A stretch of 63,722 bases of DNA, counting the filler, from Candidatus Omnitrophota bacterium (GTDB taxonomy: Bacteria > Omnitrophota > Gorgyraeia > Zapsychrales > Zapsychraceae): NCBI GenBank assembly GCA_015233495.1. It is 4 parts of 4 records of this genome, joined end to end, with 100 filler letters (N's around TTAATTAATTAA, not from the genome) between each part and the next. Parts side by side here need not be neighbours in the genome. Positions count along the whole stretch, not along the records: positions 1 to 23,700 come from JADFXQ010000025.1; 3 more parts are not named here. The stretch is one strand, 5' to 3'. How positions within the stretch are numbered: the stretch's first letter is position 1; each line of letters starts with the position of its first letter. Shown here piece by piece: positions 8,635-18,135 of this stretch. Under the pieces are notes generated by a model. The model made no database searches and was not told where the DNA came from. It worked only from the letters and a program-made list of their open reading frames with translations. Made by a program: the position numbers and the translations under genes.

Positions 8635-9479
8635 TTTGCTCTCAAAAGGCTTTCCAAATTTTTCGAAAAAATTTTTTCTTTGATGTCCAACGGGAGCGCT
8701 AAACTGTTGATGCAACAAACATAATCCTTCATCCGATGTGTCTTGCGCTCATACGGCATCGGAAAATCCGTTCCGAAAATGAGTTTATCCTCGCCCAAAC
8801 GTTCGATCAATTTCATGGTCAGCAGTTCCTTGATTTCATAAGGGTAAGCCGCGGTATCCAGATAAACGTTCGGATTCTTCTCAACGACCATAAATGTCTC
8901 ATTGTGCCAGAGCGTGCCCAGATGGGTCAAGATGATGTTCAATTTGGGAAACGCCACGGCCACCTCGTCGATGAGTAAGGGATTAGCCTGGGACAATTTG
9001 ACCATATGCCCGAAGGGAGTCGAGCCGACGTGAAATACGACCGGGATGTTCAAGGCCGCCGCTGTTTCATAAATCGGCCAAACGGCATGGTCATTGGCAT
9101 AAAAATCCTGCAGCGGCGGATGCAATTTAAGGCCGCGCAAACCTAAAACGTTTACGGCATGTTCCAAGACCTGCGGAGCGTTTTTGTCGCGCGGATCAAC
9201 GGACGCGAATCCGATAAACTGATCTCGGTGCTGTTCACACATACGGCTGACAAATTCGTTTGACGCGTAAAGCAACGGCGCGTAACACGCAAAAAGCACG
9301 GATGTCGTTATCCCGGCTTCTTCCATCTGCTTGAGCACGGACTCCGGCGATATCAACGCCAAAGTCTCGTCGAGATTTTTAAACGAAGGGATGCTTTGCA
9401 GCAGCCCAAGATATTTTTCCTGGTCTGGCAAAACCTTGTCCAGTTCGATGAGATGCAAATGGGCGTTGATGATTTTCAT
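8631..9479 (-). CDS. Amidohydrolase family protein (Amidohydro_2)
   Basis: AHLH, GLKLHP, VVFHVG, LTHLG, FGTDFP metal-binding motifs. Confidence 0.9.
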   Translation of the reverse strand: MKIINAHLHLIELDKVLPDQEKYLGLLQSIPSFKNLDETLALISPESVLKQMEEAGITTSVLFACYAPLLYASNEFVSRMCEQHRDQFIGFASVDPRDKNAPQVLEHAVNVLGLRGLKLHPPLQDFYANDHAVWPIYETAAALNIPVVFHVGSTPFGHMVKLSQANPLLIDEVAVAFPKLNIILTHLGTLWHNETFMVVEKNPNVYLDTAAYPYEIKELLTMKLIERLGEDKLIFGTDFPMPYERKTHRMKDYVCCINSLALPLDIKEKIFSKNLESLLRAK

Positions 9480-9485
9480 AAAAAA

Positions 9486-10295
9486 TCAAACCTCCTGCCT
9501 GGGGATCGTATTGTCAAACGGATTATAAAGACTAAACCGCGGCGCGAGGATCGGTTCGCCCCATTTTAACAAAATGCGCAATGTTTCTAAGGCCATTAAA
9601 ACGGCCGTGAGCCAGACGATCGGCGCGAAAGAAGGGATCTGGCCTTTTTGGATCCGTTCGATCGCCAGGGGGGGATAAAATTTTTCCACACCGTCGATCT
9701 TTTTAAGGTTCGCCAGCATATAAATTTTCAGAGCCTTAAAGTCCTCGTCGGAAATATCCGCGATATCCTTGCCGAGCGTCGGCATATCATAGACTTCTTC
9801 CAGGCTGGGAGAGTCCGGCATAAAAACGCGCGAATTGCCGTAAGGGATCGCCCAGCCTTCGACCAGCGGGATTCCCAATCGCTTCGCGGCCCGGCTGATG
9901 ATCACACACGGTTTAGCGCTATCAATCGCGAGCACGGCAATTTTTGAATTATTTAAAATCTGATCGACGTTGCTTTGATCAATCACATTGTATTTTTCAA
10001 TTTTGATTTCCGGATTGATTTTTTTCAGAAATTCTTCCGTCACGTCCGTTTTCCAACGTCCCAATGTGTCTTGAAATGAAAATATCTGCCGGTTAAGATT
10101 TGTCGGTTCGAATTTGTCATAGTCCACAATTTTAAGACCGCCGATACCGGCGCGGGTAAAAATTTCAGCGATCACCCCGCCCAACCCGCCCAGCCCGAAT
10201 AAAGCGATGGTTGAACCTTTGAGAGATTCTTGCTGTGCTTCCGTTAAAATTCCGATATTGCGATCGATCATTTGATGATAAGACTCTGACCACAT
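9486..10295 (-). CDS. ThiF/MoeB-family adenylyltransferase
   Basis: GLGGLG, DYDKFEPTNLNRQ, K..V. No C-terminal CxxC Zn motifs. Confidence 0.9.
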   Translation of the reverse strand: MWSESYHQMIDRNIGILTEAQQESLKGSTIALFGLGGLGGVIAEIFTRAGIGGLKIVDYDKFEPTNLNRQIFSFQDTLGRWKTDVTEEFLKKINPEIKIEKYNVIDQSNVDQILNNSKIAVLAIDSAKPCVIISRAAKRLGIPLVEGWAIPYGNSRVFMPDSPSLEEVYDMPTLGKDIADISDEDFKALKIYMLANLKKIDGVEKFYPPLAIERIQKGQIPSFAPIVWLTAVLMALETLRILLKWGEPILAPRFSLYNPFDNTIPRQEV

Positions 10296-10310
10296 ATTCC
10301 ACCCCTTTTA

Positions 10311-10370
10311 AAAAATAGGGGCTGTCCCTATCTTTAACATTTTTAAAAAATAGGGACAGCCCCTATTTTT
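10311..10370. repeat. 21-bp inverted repeat, same REP-like family as 7148-7212
   Basis: AAAAATAGGGGCTGTCCCTAT … ATAGGGACAGCCCCTATTTTT. Confidence 0.85.
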
Positions 10371-10598
10371 GTCTCTTTTAAATTTTGAGTGGGTTGCGTA
10401 GGTGATCCGGACGGCACGGGGATAGACCCGCGGGAGCCGTTCAAAAAAGTTAAGTGGTTTGCGAAGCAAACCATTCCGCAGCCGCCCGGCTTCATCTGTT
10501 ATATTTAGAAAAGCCGGGCGAGCGAGGACTGTTTGAGCCCCGGGCCTGTCCCCGTGCCGTCCCTAACCGGAACAACCCACTCAAAATTTCAAGGAACC
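10371..10598. mobile_element. MITE-like nested-hairpin element, copy 1
   Basis: Terminal IR AAATTTTGAGTGGGTTG/CAACCCACTCAAAATTT with inner stems. The core is nearly identical to 23546-23700. Confidence 0.75.
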
Positions 10599-10605
10599 CT
10601 ATTTT

Positions 10606-11799
10606 TTAAAAGTACCATTTCACCATCACATACTGCAGATGTTGAAAATCCCCAAACTCCGATCCGGCCTCGCCCCAAAACAGTTGCGCTCCGACGGAAA
10701 TGTCCAAATTTTGTTTGACGTTGTATTTTAATTCCGGATTATAAACCACGCTTTTTTTATGCCAGTCGTAAATCACATACTGGTTGGCCTCAAGAAGGGC
10801 GGTGACTTTGTATTGGACCATTGCTCCGGTCAAGACTTTTTGCAAAGACAAGATCTGCCGATTGGCTTGCCACGACGAGAGAAGGGCGAATGGATGATTA
10901 TCATCGGCGCCGCCGTTGTAAAATTGTTCGACCAGGGCGTATACTTTCGGCGAAAAATTATAGTCCAGCCCAAACGCGGCGCGCGGAAATACGCGCCCAT
11001 TGTCCAAAGCCGTGTGCGTGATCTCGCCGCGGAACCCAGCCTTTCCTAAATACCCGTCGAACGAAGCGCCGAAAATTTTATCTTCATGGTCGAGCGCCGC
11101 GATCAAAGAGCAGTCATAGGTAAAAATCGTTTTATACAATTTCAAGCCAAACGCGTCTGTCTCGTCGTTCTTTCCCGGCGCGACAACCAGATTTGCGCCG
11201 GATAGCGGGGAGAAGGCGTAATTGAGATTGACCGCGTCGGTGCCGACGCGTTCATCGTTCTCAATGTCAGTCGCCGCGGGAGGATTGAAAATATCCAAGG
11301 GGCTAAAAAACCGCATCCGGCCCCAATCAATCGCCTGTTTCCCAACGACCGCCTGAAATTTGTCGGAGTAATATTTGAGAAAGAAACGGTGGACGGAGTG
11401 TTTCAAATACAAATGGCTATCATCGACGGAGACTTTATCCGCGTCAATCGCGGCGGCCTTCTGCTGAGTTTTTAAACGCACGGCATCAAAATCTCCGGTC
11501 GAGAAAAAATCATGGACGATCATTTCATTGTCCAGGGTGGCATAAAACTGCCAGGCAGGAGAGAGCGGTTTTTGAAATTCAAGGCGCAGGCGCTGCGTGT
11601 CCGCCGTGATATTCTCGTCGGAATAAAGGGACTGGCTGTGAAAAAAAATATTTTTGTAATACCCGCTGATCTGTAATTTTTTTTCGTCGGCAGCTGGGTC
11701 TGCCGCGGATGCGCCAGACGCGAACAAAAGAAATAAACAGGCCAGAAAAAAAATTTTTTCGTATGTTTTGGGTCGGGTCATGAACAACACCTCAATCAT
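10606..11799 (-). CDS. Probable outer-membrane beta-barrel protein of the Lol-like exporter
   Basis: Signal peptide, GKQAIDWG, amphipathic strands, C-terminal aromatic (VKWYF). Start uncertain (11823/11799/11781). Confidence 0.7.
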   Translation of the reverse strand: MIEVLFMTRPKTYEKIFFLACLFLLFASGASAADPAADEKKLQISGYYKNIFFHSQSLYSDENITADTQRLRLEFQKPLSPAWQFYATLDNEMIVHDFFSTGDFDAVRLKTQQKAAAIDADKVSVDDSHLYLKHSVHRFFLKYYSDKFQAVVGKQAIDWGRMRFFSPLDIFNPPAATDIENDERVGTDAVNLNYAFSPLSGANLVVAPGKNDETDAFGLKLYKTIFTYDCSLIAALDHEDKIFGASFDGYLGKAGFRGEITHTALDNGRVFPRAAFGLDYNFSPKVYALVEQFYNGGADDNHPFALLSSWQANRQILSLQKVLTGAMVQYKVTALLEANQYVIYDWHKKSVVYNPELKYNVKQNLDISVGAQLFWGEAGSEFGDFQHLQYVMVKWYF

Positions 11800-11800
11800 C

Positions 11801-12493
11801 TCATATTTCGGTTTGCGGCTCAATAAGTTTGCCGTCCCTGAGCCAGATCACCCGTCTGGCCTTTTGCATGACCAAGGGGTCATGCGTGGCAAACAGGAAC
11901 GTTGTCTTTTTTTCCTGGTTCAACTCGTCCATGAGCGTTATGAGCGACAACGCGGTCTTCGAATCCAGGTTGGCTGTAGGCTCGTCGGCAATCACCAAAT
12001 CCGGCTCTGCGGCCATGGCCCGCGCCACGGCCACACGCTGCTGCTGTCCGCCGCTCATTTCATTGGGGAACCGGTGGATGTAGTCGGCCAACCCGACGCG
12101 CTTTAGCATGGCCACGGCTTTTTCCCGGCGCTCGACGGGCTCAACGCTTTTCAGCAACATGATATATTCGACGTTTTCCAAAGCCGTCAACGTGTTGATC
12201 AAATTGTAAGCCTGAAAAACAAAACCGAGCACGTCGCGGCGGAACAACGATTGTTCGTCGGGCGGCAGGGCGGCGATGTCGCGTCCGTTATAAATCACGG
12301 CCCCGGCCGTCGGAAAATCCAAAGCTCCGAGGATGTGCAACAACGTGCTCTTGCCTGAGCCGGAAGGTCCGGCGATCGCCGTAAACTCGCCTGGGCCGAT
12401 CCATAAATTGACGTCGGAAAGGGCCGGGGTCTCAATATTTTTTCCCGTCACATAAGTTTTGGAAACATTTTTCACTTCAATCAAAGGCATCAT
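11801..12493 (-). CDS. ABC transporter ATP-binding protein (LolD-like)
   Basis: GPSGSGKS, MSGGQQQRVAVARA, ADEPTANLD, THD. Start at MMPLIEVK overlaps the permease stop. Confidence 0.95.
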   Translation of the reverse strand: MMPLIEVKNVSKTYVTGKNIETPALSDVNLWIGPGEFTAIAGPSGSGKSTLLHILGALDFPTAGAVIYNGRDIAALPPDEQSLFRRDVLGFVFQAYNLINTLTALENVEYIMLLKSVEPVERREKAVAMLKRVGLADYIHRFPNEMSGGQQQRVAVARAMAAEPDLVIADEPTANLDSKTALSLITLMDELNQEKKTTFLFATHDPLVMQKARRVIWLRDGKLIEPQTEI

Positions 12494-13713
12494 AGGCTCC
12501 GGATGGCATCGATCGGTTTTAATCGCGCCGCCAGCCAGGCTGGATAGATGGACACGATGATGCTCGTCGACAAAACAAGAAAAAGCGAGAAAACAACCTG
12601 GCTGAAATTCACCCGCGGGAAGATCAACGCGTCCATATAAAAAGTGTTCAACGCGGCGGTGAAAACCGTGAGGTCGATCCCGGCATGGTGAAAATACAAT
12701 GACAGGGTCAGTCCCAAAATTAGACCGGCCAGACAGCCGATGAGTCCGAGGAACAGCGATTCCCAAGCGATCATGCTGATGATTTGCCCACGCTGAGTCC
12801 CCAGGCCGAGCAAAATCCCAAATTCGCGCGTGCGTTCTAAAACGCCCATGAGGACCGTGTTCAAAATGCCGATGGCCACGACGATCATGACGACAAACAC
12901 GATGATCCAAATAAAACCTTCATCAAATTCAATCCATTGTTGCAAGACCGGAGAGACCGTTTGCCAGGGAAGGACCTCGAAGCTCGACGGCAATTGTTCA
13001 CTGATCTGGAGGGCCGCGGGTTTCGCGTCTTTCACATTTTTGATCCGTACGGCTAATTCCGACGTGCGGCCGGCCATCGCGAATAAATTTTCCGCGGCGG
13101 CATGCGTGATCAGGACAACACCTTTATCGATTTCCTCAGCGCCAGTGTCCATCAATCCGCAAACCCGGTACGCGCCTGAGGCAATGCTGCCGTCCAGGGC
13201 CTGGGACATGACCACGATTTTATCGCCGAGAACAACGTTCAAATTTTTCGCCAGGGCCGCGCCGATCACGATGTCTTGATCAGTTGTCTCGCCGAGAAAC
13301 TGGCCGGTTTTGATCCGCGCCGCCAGCCGGCTCAATTTTTTTTCTTCTGTTGGGTCAACGCCGATGACCTCGACTCCGGCGGACGCCTCAGTCGAACTGA
13401 TCAATCCCACAGCCTTGATCCGCGGCGCGACCGCCACCACCGACGGCATATTCCTGATCTTGGCCAACAGCGCCGGGTAACCGGCCATATTGGTTTCCAA
13501 TTTGGCTTGCTGCAAAAATCCTTTCTGGTGAATTTGGATGTGCCCGGTCACAAGCGAGGTGTAATTTTCCGTCATCTGGACATGGGCGCCTTCGACAAAC
13601 GACCAAATAAAAATCAGGGCGCCGAGCCCAAACCCGACGGCGGAAATCGTGATGAGCGACCGCTTTTTATTGCGGACAATATTGCGCCAGGCGATTTTGA
13701 TGAACGTGACCAT
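12490..13713 (-). CDS. ABC transporter permease (LolE/FtsX/MacB-like)
   Basis: IAWRNIVRNKKRS, ERTREFGILLGLG, YPAWLAARLKPIDAI. Confidence 0.93.
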   Translation of the reverse strand: MVTFIKIAWRNIVRNKKRSLITISAVGFGLGALIFIWSFVEGAHVQMTENYTSLVTGHIQIHQKGFLQQAKLETNMAGYPALLAKIRNMPSVVAVAPRIKAVGLISSTEASAGVEVIGVDPTEEKKLSRLAARIKTGQFLGETTDQDIVIGAALAKNLNVVLGDKIVVMSQALDGSIASGAYRVCGLMDTGAEEIDKGVVLITHAAAENLFAMAGRTSELAVRIKNVKDAKPAALQISEQLPSSFEVLPWQTVSPVLQQWIEFDEGFIWIIVFVVMIVVAIGILNTVLMGVLERTREFGILLGLGTQRGQIISMIAWESLFLGLIGCLAGLILGLTLSLYFHHAGIDLTVFTAALNTFYMDALIFPRVNFSQVVFSLFLVLSTSIIVSIYPAWLAARLKPIDAIRSL

Positions 13714-13718
13714 AATGG

Positions 13719-14480
13719 CTATTGGATTTTTTTTAGGTTGGTCAAAGAAAAGACAGCGTCGTCGATGGGGATGTTGTATTGGACGTCGTCCATCAGTTCG
13801 ATCGTGGTTTCCTGCCCGGGTTTGATCTGCGATGCCATGCGCCACGTCCGCGGGACCACGCGGTCCGAAACTTGACCGACGTTCGAATAATAAAGGACTT
13901 TGATCGGTTTGCCAGCCTCGTTAAAATATTCTTCCCGGACCGGGACATTGTCCTGTTTCCGCACGGACAACAAAATTTTCCCCCAGATCACGGCCGCGTT
14001 TGGTTTCGGCAAAAGCTCGACCTGTAAACACGTTTCACCGTCGAGGATCACCTCCCCGGCCAAGCGGTGGATATAATCATTCACGATGCTGCTTTCTTTG
14101 ACCAGATCATCATTCGCGAATTCGCTGCCCATCCAGGGCTGGAGCATCATCGACGGCGGGATTTTGATGGTCTTCTCGACGTTCGGCAAATAATTCCACA
14201 TTTCATTTTTGATCCGCAAGGTGCCGATGCCTGATTCTTTGGCCGGGGAGAGGATGCGGACCAACATTTTTTCCTTATTTTTTGAATAGACTTTCAATTC
14301 CAGACGGCGTTCCCAGGACGGTGTTTTCACGGTCATCCGGTAGGTGCCGGAACTGCTTTGGCCCTGCAATAAATCGTCGGAATATTTTACGATTTCCGTC
14401 GGGTCGGAGGACTGGGCGACGGCCAGGCTCGTCGATAAAATGATGAAATAAGTTAAGATTAATCCTTTTCGTCGCATCAT
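13719..14480 (-). CDS. Outer membrane lipoprotein-sorting protein (LolA-like)
   Basis: Signal peptide, SPAKESG, MWNYLP, WMGSEFANDD, FSLTNL. Confidence 0.88.
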   Translation of the reverse strand: MMRRKGLILTYFIILSTSLAVAQSSDPTEIVKYSDDLLQGQSSSGTYRMTVKTPSWERRLELKVYSKNKEKMLVRILSPAKESGIGTLRIKNEMWNYLPNVEKTIKIPPSMMLQPWMGSEFANDDLVKESSIVNDYIHRLAGEVILDGETCLQVELLPKPNAAVIWGKILLSVRKQDNVPVREEYFNEAGKPIKVLYYSNVGQVSDRVVPRTWRMASQIKPGQETTIELMDDVQYNIPIDDAVFSLTNLKKIQ

Positions 14481-14572
14481 TTGTATGATAACATAAGTCC
14501 ATCATTGCGCCAGATGAAATTCGGTTTTCTTGTCCTATTTCCGTCGAAGACTCAATGAATCCTTGACCGCCC

Positions 14573-15304
14573 ATGGCTGATAAAATCGAACCCTTCTTGT
14601 TCAAAAAAATTGATTTTACCGATAAGGCCATGATGGACCGGCTTTATCAATTACGCTTCCAAGTCTACGGGGAAGAGTGCGGGTTTATTAACCAAGCGGA
14701 TTATCCCGACGGACGGGAGAGCGATGAATACGATTCCCAGTCCGTCCATTTCGCGGCCATGGACACATCCGGCGAAATGATCGGCACGGTCCGCTTGATC
14801 ATGCCAGGACCCCGCGTCTTACCCATCCAGAAACACTGTCCGGATTTAAAAATCGGAAACGCCGCTTTGCCGCAAATCCAATTCGCGGAAATTTCCCGCC
14901 TCATTATCAGCCGACGACTCCGCCGTCGCCGCGACGATGGCCAGTTCTATGAATCCCAGGTGTCGGACTATATTTTTTCCGACGACGACGGGCAACAGTA
15001 TATGCGCCGCGCCAAACCCATGGCCTTTGGCCTTTACCGCGAACTTTACCGGGAGAGCAAACGGATCGGCATCACCCACTGGTACACGCTCATGGAAAAA
15101 AGTTTGTGGTTGTTGTTGCGCATTCACGGGTTTTCATTCTCACCGATCGGGCCCGAAGTCGATGTCTACGGCCCGGTGCGGCCTTACATCGGAAAAATCG
15201 AACAGATGGAAGAAGAGGTCGCTAAAAAATTTCCTCAATTTTTCACCTACTTTTCTTCTGATGCCGAGTTGACGCAAGATCAAAATCGCCCGTTTAACTT
15301 TTAG
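14573..15304 (+). CDS. PEP-CTERM/exosortase-associated N-acyl amino acid synthase (GNAT, FeeM/TIGR03694-like)
   Basis: LRFQVYGEECGF, ESDEYD, GTVRLI, AEISRL, RRRRDD, IGPEVDVYG.R.PY. Located in an exosortase locus. Confidence 0.85.
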   Translation: MADKIEPFLFKKIDFTDKAMMDRLYQLRFQVYGEECGFINQADYPDGRESDEYDSQSVHFAAMDTSGEMIGTVRLIMPGPRVLPIQKHCPDLKIGNAALPQIQFAEISRLIISRRLRRRRDDGQFYESQVSDYIFSDDDGQQYMRRAKPMAFGLYRELYRESKRIGITHWYTLMEKSLWLLLRIHGFSFSPIGPEVDVYGPVRPYIGKIEQMEEEVAKKFPQFFTYFSSDAELTQDQNRPFNF

Positions 15305-15327
15305 TCATAACGCTCCCATTTTGAATT

Positions 15328-17997
15328 ATGCAAACCGACATTTTCTCAGCGTTCAAAGAAACGTGCCGACTCCACCCGCAAAAAAAATCTTTGTTCTTTA
15401 AAACGACGACGCGATACACTTCGTTGACTTTCAACAATGTTTGGGAACATATGGTTTTTTTTCAAGCGCTTTTGCGCCCCTTTGCGGTCAAAAAAGGGGA
15501 GAGAGTCATCATCCTCCTCGACAATCAACCGGATTTTGTCTGGGCGTTTATGGCGCTCATGGCGGCGGGCGCGGTTGCCGTGCCGCTTGACGTGCAGTAC
15601 TCGGCGGAAACCGTGGAAAAACTTTTCAAACATAGCGGCAGCCGGCTGATCATCAGCTCACGAAAATATATTGCCAAACTGGCGCCGTTTCTTCCCTACG
15701 ACAAACAATTGCTGGTCGATGAAATTGATTTTTATCAATCAGGGACATCGACTCCGTCGTCCGACGTCAACGTCCAGGTCAACGCCGCTGATACGGCCGC
15801 TTTGTTCTACACCTCCGGCACAACCGACGTGCCGAAAGCGGTTGTCCTGACGCATGCCAATCTGTTGTCCAATGTCGAATCGATCCGCCAACTGAACCTC
15901 ATTAAACAAAATGACATTTTTGTTTCCGTATTGCCGCTCCACCACACGTATGCCTTCACCACCACTTTTTTAACGCCGGTCGTCCTCGGCGTGAGCCTGA
16001 CTTATCCGGCGAGCTTGTTGTCGTCGGACCTGATCGAATGTATGCGCGCCACCCGGGGCACGATCCTCGTCGGCGTGCCGCAGATGTTCAGTCTCATGCA
16101 CCGGTCGGTCCAGGAAAAAATCAAAAAATTGCCGCTCGGCAAAAAAATATTCCTCGGTCTGTTTTCGCCGCTCTTCCGGTTGGTCCGTCGATCTGTCCAT
16201 TTGAATTTAACCAAAAAATTATACGCAGCTTTGCACACAGCCATTGGGCCTGACCTCCGGCTGTTGGTTTCCGGCGGGGCCAGGCTTGCCCCAAAAATCA
16301 CTTCCGATTTTTTTGATTGGGGTTTCACGCTCTTGGAAGGTTACGGGCTGACCGAGACATCGCCCGTCGTGAGTTTCACGACGCCGCGCCATATCAAATT
16401 CGGGTCCGTGGGCCGTCCCTTGCCTGATGTCACGGTCAAAATCCATGAGCCCGACGAGCAGGGGAGAGGCGAGGTCTTAGTCCGCGGCCCGAACGTCATG
16501 GTCGGGTATGACCAACTCGCCGCCGAGTCGAGCGAGGCGCTCGCCGGCGGCTGGTTCCACACCGGCGATATCGGATACCTTGACCCCGACGGATTTTTAT
16601 TTTTGACCGGCCGAAAAAAAGAACTGATCATTTTACCCAACGGCGAAAACCTGAACCCGGAAGAAATCGAAGCGCATTACGCGGCCAACCCGTTTATCAA
16701 AGAGATCGCGGTCCTCACCCAGTCCCGGGAAAATTCCGGCGTCGGCGAGGAAAATCTGGTCGGCATTGTGGTGCCGGACGAAGAATATTTTAAATCACAA
16801 AAAATCACGGATATCCACGGGACAATCCGTTGGCATATGGAGACCCTGTCGACCGCTTTGCCGACGTACAAGCGCGTCAAAGGATTTGTCATCGGCCAGC
16901 AGGCCTTGCCGCGCACCCGTCTGGGGAAATTGCAACGTTTTCTGCTCGACGGGATTTACGCCAAGCAGAAAAAAGAAGGGGGCAACCCAGGACAATCCCC
17001 GTCGGTCCATCAGTCTTTTCCCGTCGGGACAATGGCCGAACGCGCCATGGCTTACCTGGAACAACGGTTAAAACGTCCGGTGAAATTGACGGACCATTTA
17101 GAACTTGATTTAGGGCTCGATTCGCTCAGCCGCATCGAAGTCCTTTTGGGGTTTCAGGAATCGCTCGGGCTCGAAATGTCCGACGACAAAGCCATGGAGT
17201 TTTTTTTATGTAACACCGTAAAGGAATTGTTGTCAAAGCTCGGGCCCGCGCCGGCCGATTATTCCGGAACGGTTGACGAAACAGCCATGGACTGGGACTT
17301 GTTTTTATCCCAAGACCCGGACGAAACTTTGAAAAAAAAGATCCACCTGGGCGGCTGGGCCTGGTGGGAAAAAATATTCAACATCATCGTGCTGTTGCTG
17401 TTCAAACTTCTTTTTAAATTATTTTTCTTTTTACGAGTGACCGGGAGAAAGCATATCCCGGCCAAGGGACCGTATTTGATCTGCGCGAACCACACCACGT
17501 TTCTCGACGGGCTTTTTATTGCCAGCGCCTTGCCGTGGCGGGTGATCTTTCATACCTATTTTCTCGGCGACAGCCGTTATTTTGAACACGCGGCCCTGCG
17601 CCCGTTTATCCGTGTCGCCCGGTTGATCCCGATCGAACAGACGTATCAATTGCTCGAAGCCTTGCGCGCCTGCGCCTTTGTGCTGCGGCATGACCAGATC
17701 GTCTGCTATTTCCCGGAAGGCCACCGCTCGCTCGACGAGAATATGGACGAATTTAAAAAAGGGGTGGGTGTTTTAATCAAAGAGCTGGGAGTGAGGGCCC
17801 TTCCGGTTTACATCGCCGGCGGATTAAAAATTTGGCCGCGGGGTCAAAAATGGCCGCGCCCCGGTCCAGTTGTGATCAACTTTGGCCCGGCCTGCAGTTT
17901 ACCGGATCTGATCGACGGGAAAAGCCCTGCCGATTATGAAACCATTGCGGAAAATTTACGGCAAAAAGTCAGGGCTTTGAAATCACATAAAAGTTGA
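15328..17997 (+). CDS. Long-chain acyl-AMP/CoA ligase - acyl carrier - PlsC acyltransferase fusion
   Basis: YTSGTT…PK, EGYGLTETSP, FHTGDIG. ACP motif DLGLDSL. PlsC motifs NHTTFLD and FPEG. Confidence 0.92.
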   Translation: MQTDIFSAFKETCRLHPQKKSLFFKTTTRYTSLTFNNVWEHMVFFQALLRPFAVKKGERVIILLDNQPDFVWAFMALMAAGAVAVPLDVQYSAETVEKLFKHSGSRLIISSRKYIAKLAPFLPYDKQLLVDEIDFYQSGTSTPSSDVNVQVNAADTAALFYTSGTTDVPKAVVLTHANLLSNVESIRQLNLIKQNDIFVSVLPLHHTYAFTTTFLTPVVLGVSLTYPASLLSSDLIECMRATRGTILVGVPQMFSLMHRSVQEKIKKLPLGKKIFLGLFSPLFRLVRRSVHLNLTKKLYAALHTAIGPDLRLLVSGGARLAPKITSDFFDWGFTLLEGYGLTETSPVVSFTTPRHIKFGSVGRPLPDVTVKIHEPDEQGRGEVLVRGPNVMVGYDQLAAESSEALAGGWFHTGDIGYLDPDGFLFLTGRKKELIILPNGENLNPEEIEAHYAANPFIKEIAVLTQSRENSGVGEENLVGIVVPDEEYFKSQKITDIHGTIRWHMETLSTALPTYKRVKGFVIGQQALPRTRLGKLQRFLLDGIYAKQKKEGGNPGQSPSVHQSFPVGTMAERAMAYLEQRLKRPVKLTDHLELDLGLDSLSRIEVLLGFQESLGLEMSDDKAMEFFLCNTVKELLSKLGPAPADYSGTVDETAMDWDLFLSQDPDETLKKKIHLGGWAWWEKIFNIIVLLLFKLLFKLFFFLRVTGRKHIPAKGPYLICANHTTFLDGLFIASALPWRVIFHTYFLGDSRYFEHAALRPFIRVARLIPIEQTYQLLEALRACAFVLRHDQIVCYFPEGHRSLDENMDEFKKGVGVLIKELGVRALPVYIAGGLKIWPRGQKWPRPGPVVINFGPACSLPDLIDGKSPADYETIAENLRQKVRALKSHKS

Positions 17998-18135
17998 CGC
18001 TTCTAGTCATTTTTTGATACCATGGGGGACATTCACTTTATCGATTTTAGATTAAGGAGAATCGAGCCGCTTCACTGAATATTTAAAAACCATATCATAG
18101 GCATCACCTAAGACTTTTATAACCAAGCGAGGAGT

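Noticed and set aside
12494..12910. Long N-terminal extensions in the ORF track (ABC ATPase; also 8635-8718, 21122-21193, 25654-25770, 33662-33775)
   Set aside because: They overlap the upstream genes. Better starts with an RBS or ATGA coupling exist downstream.
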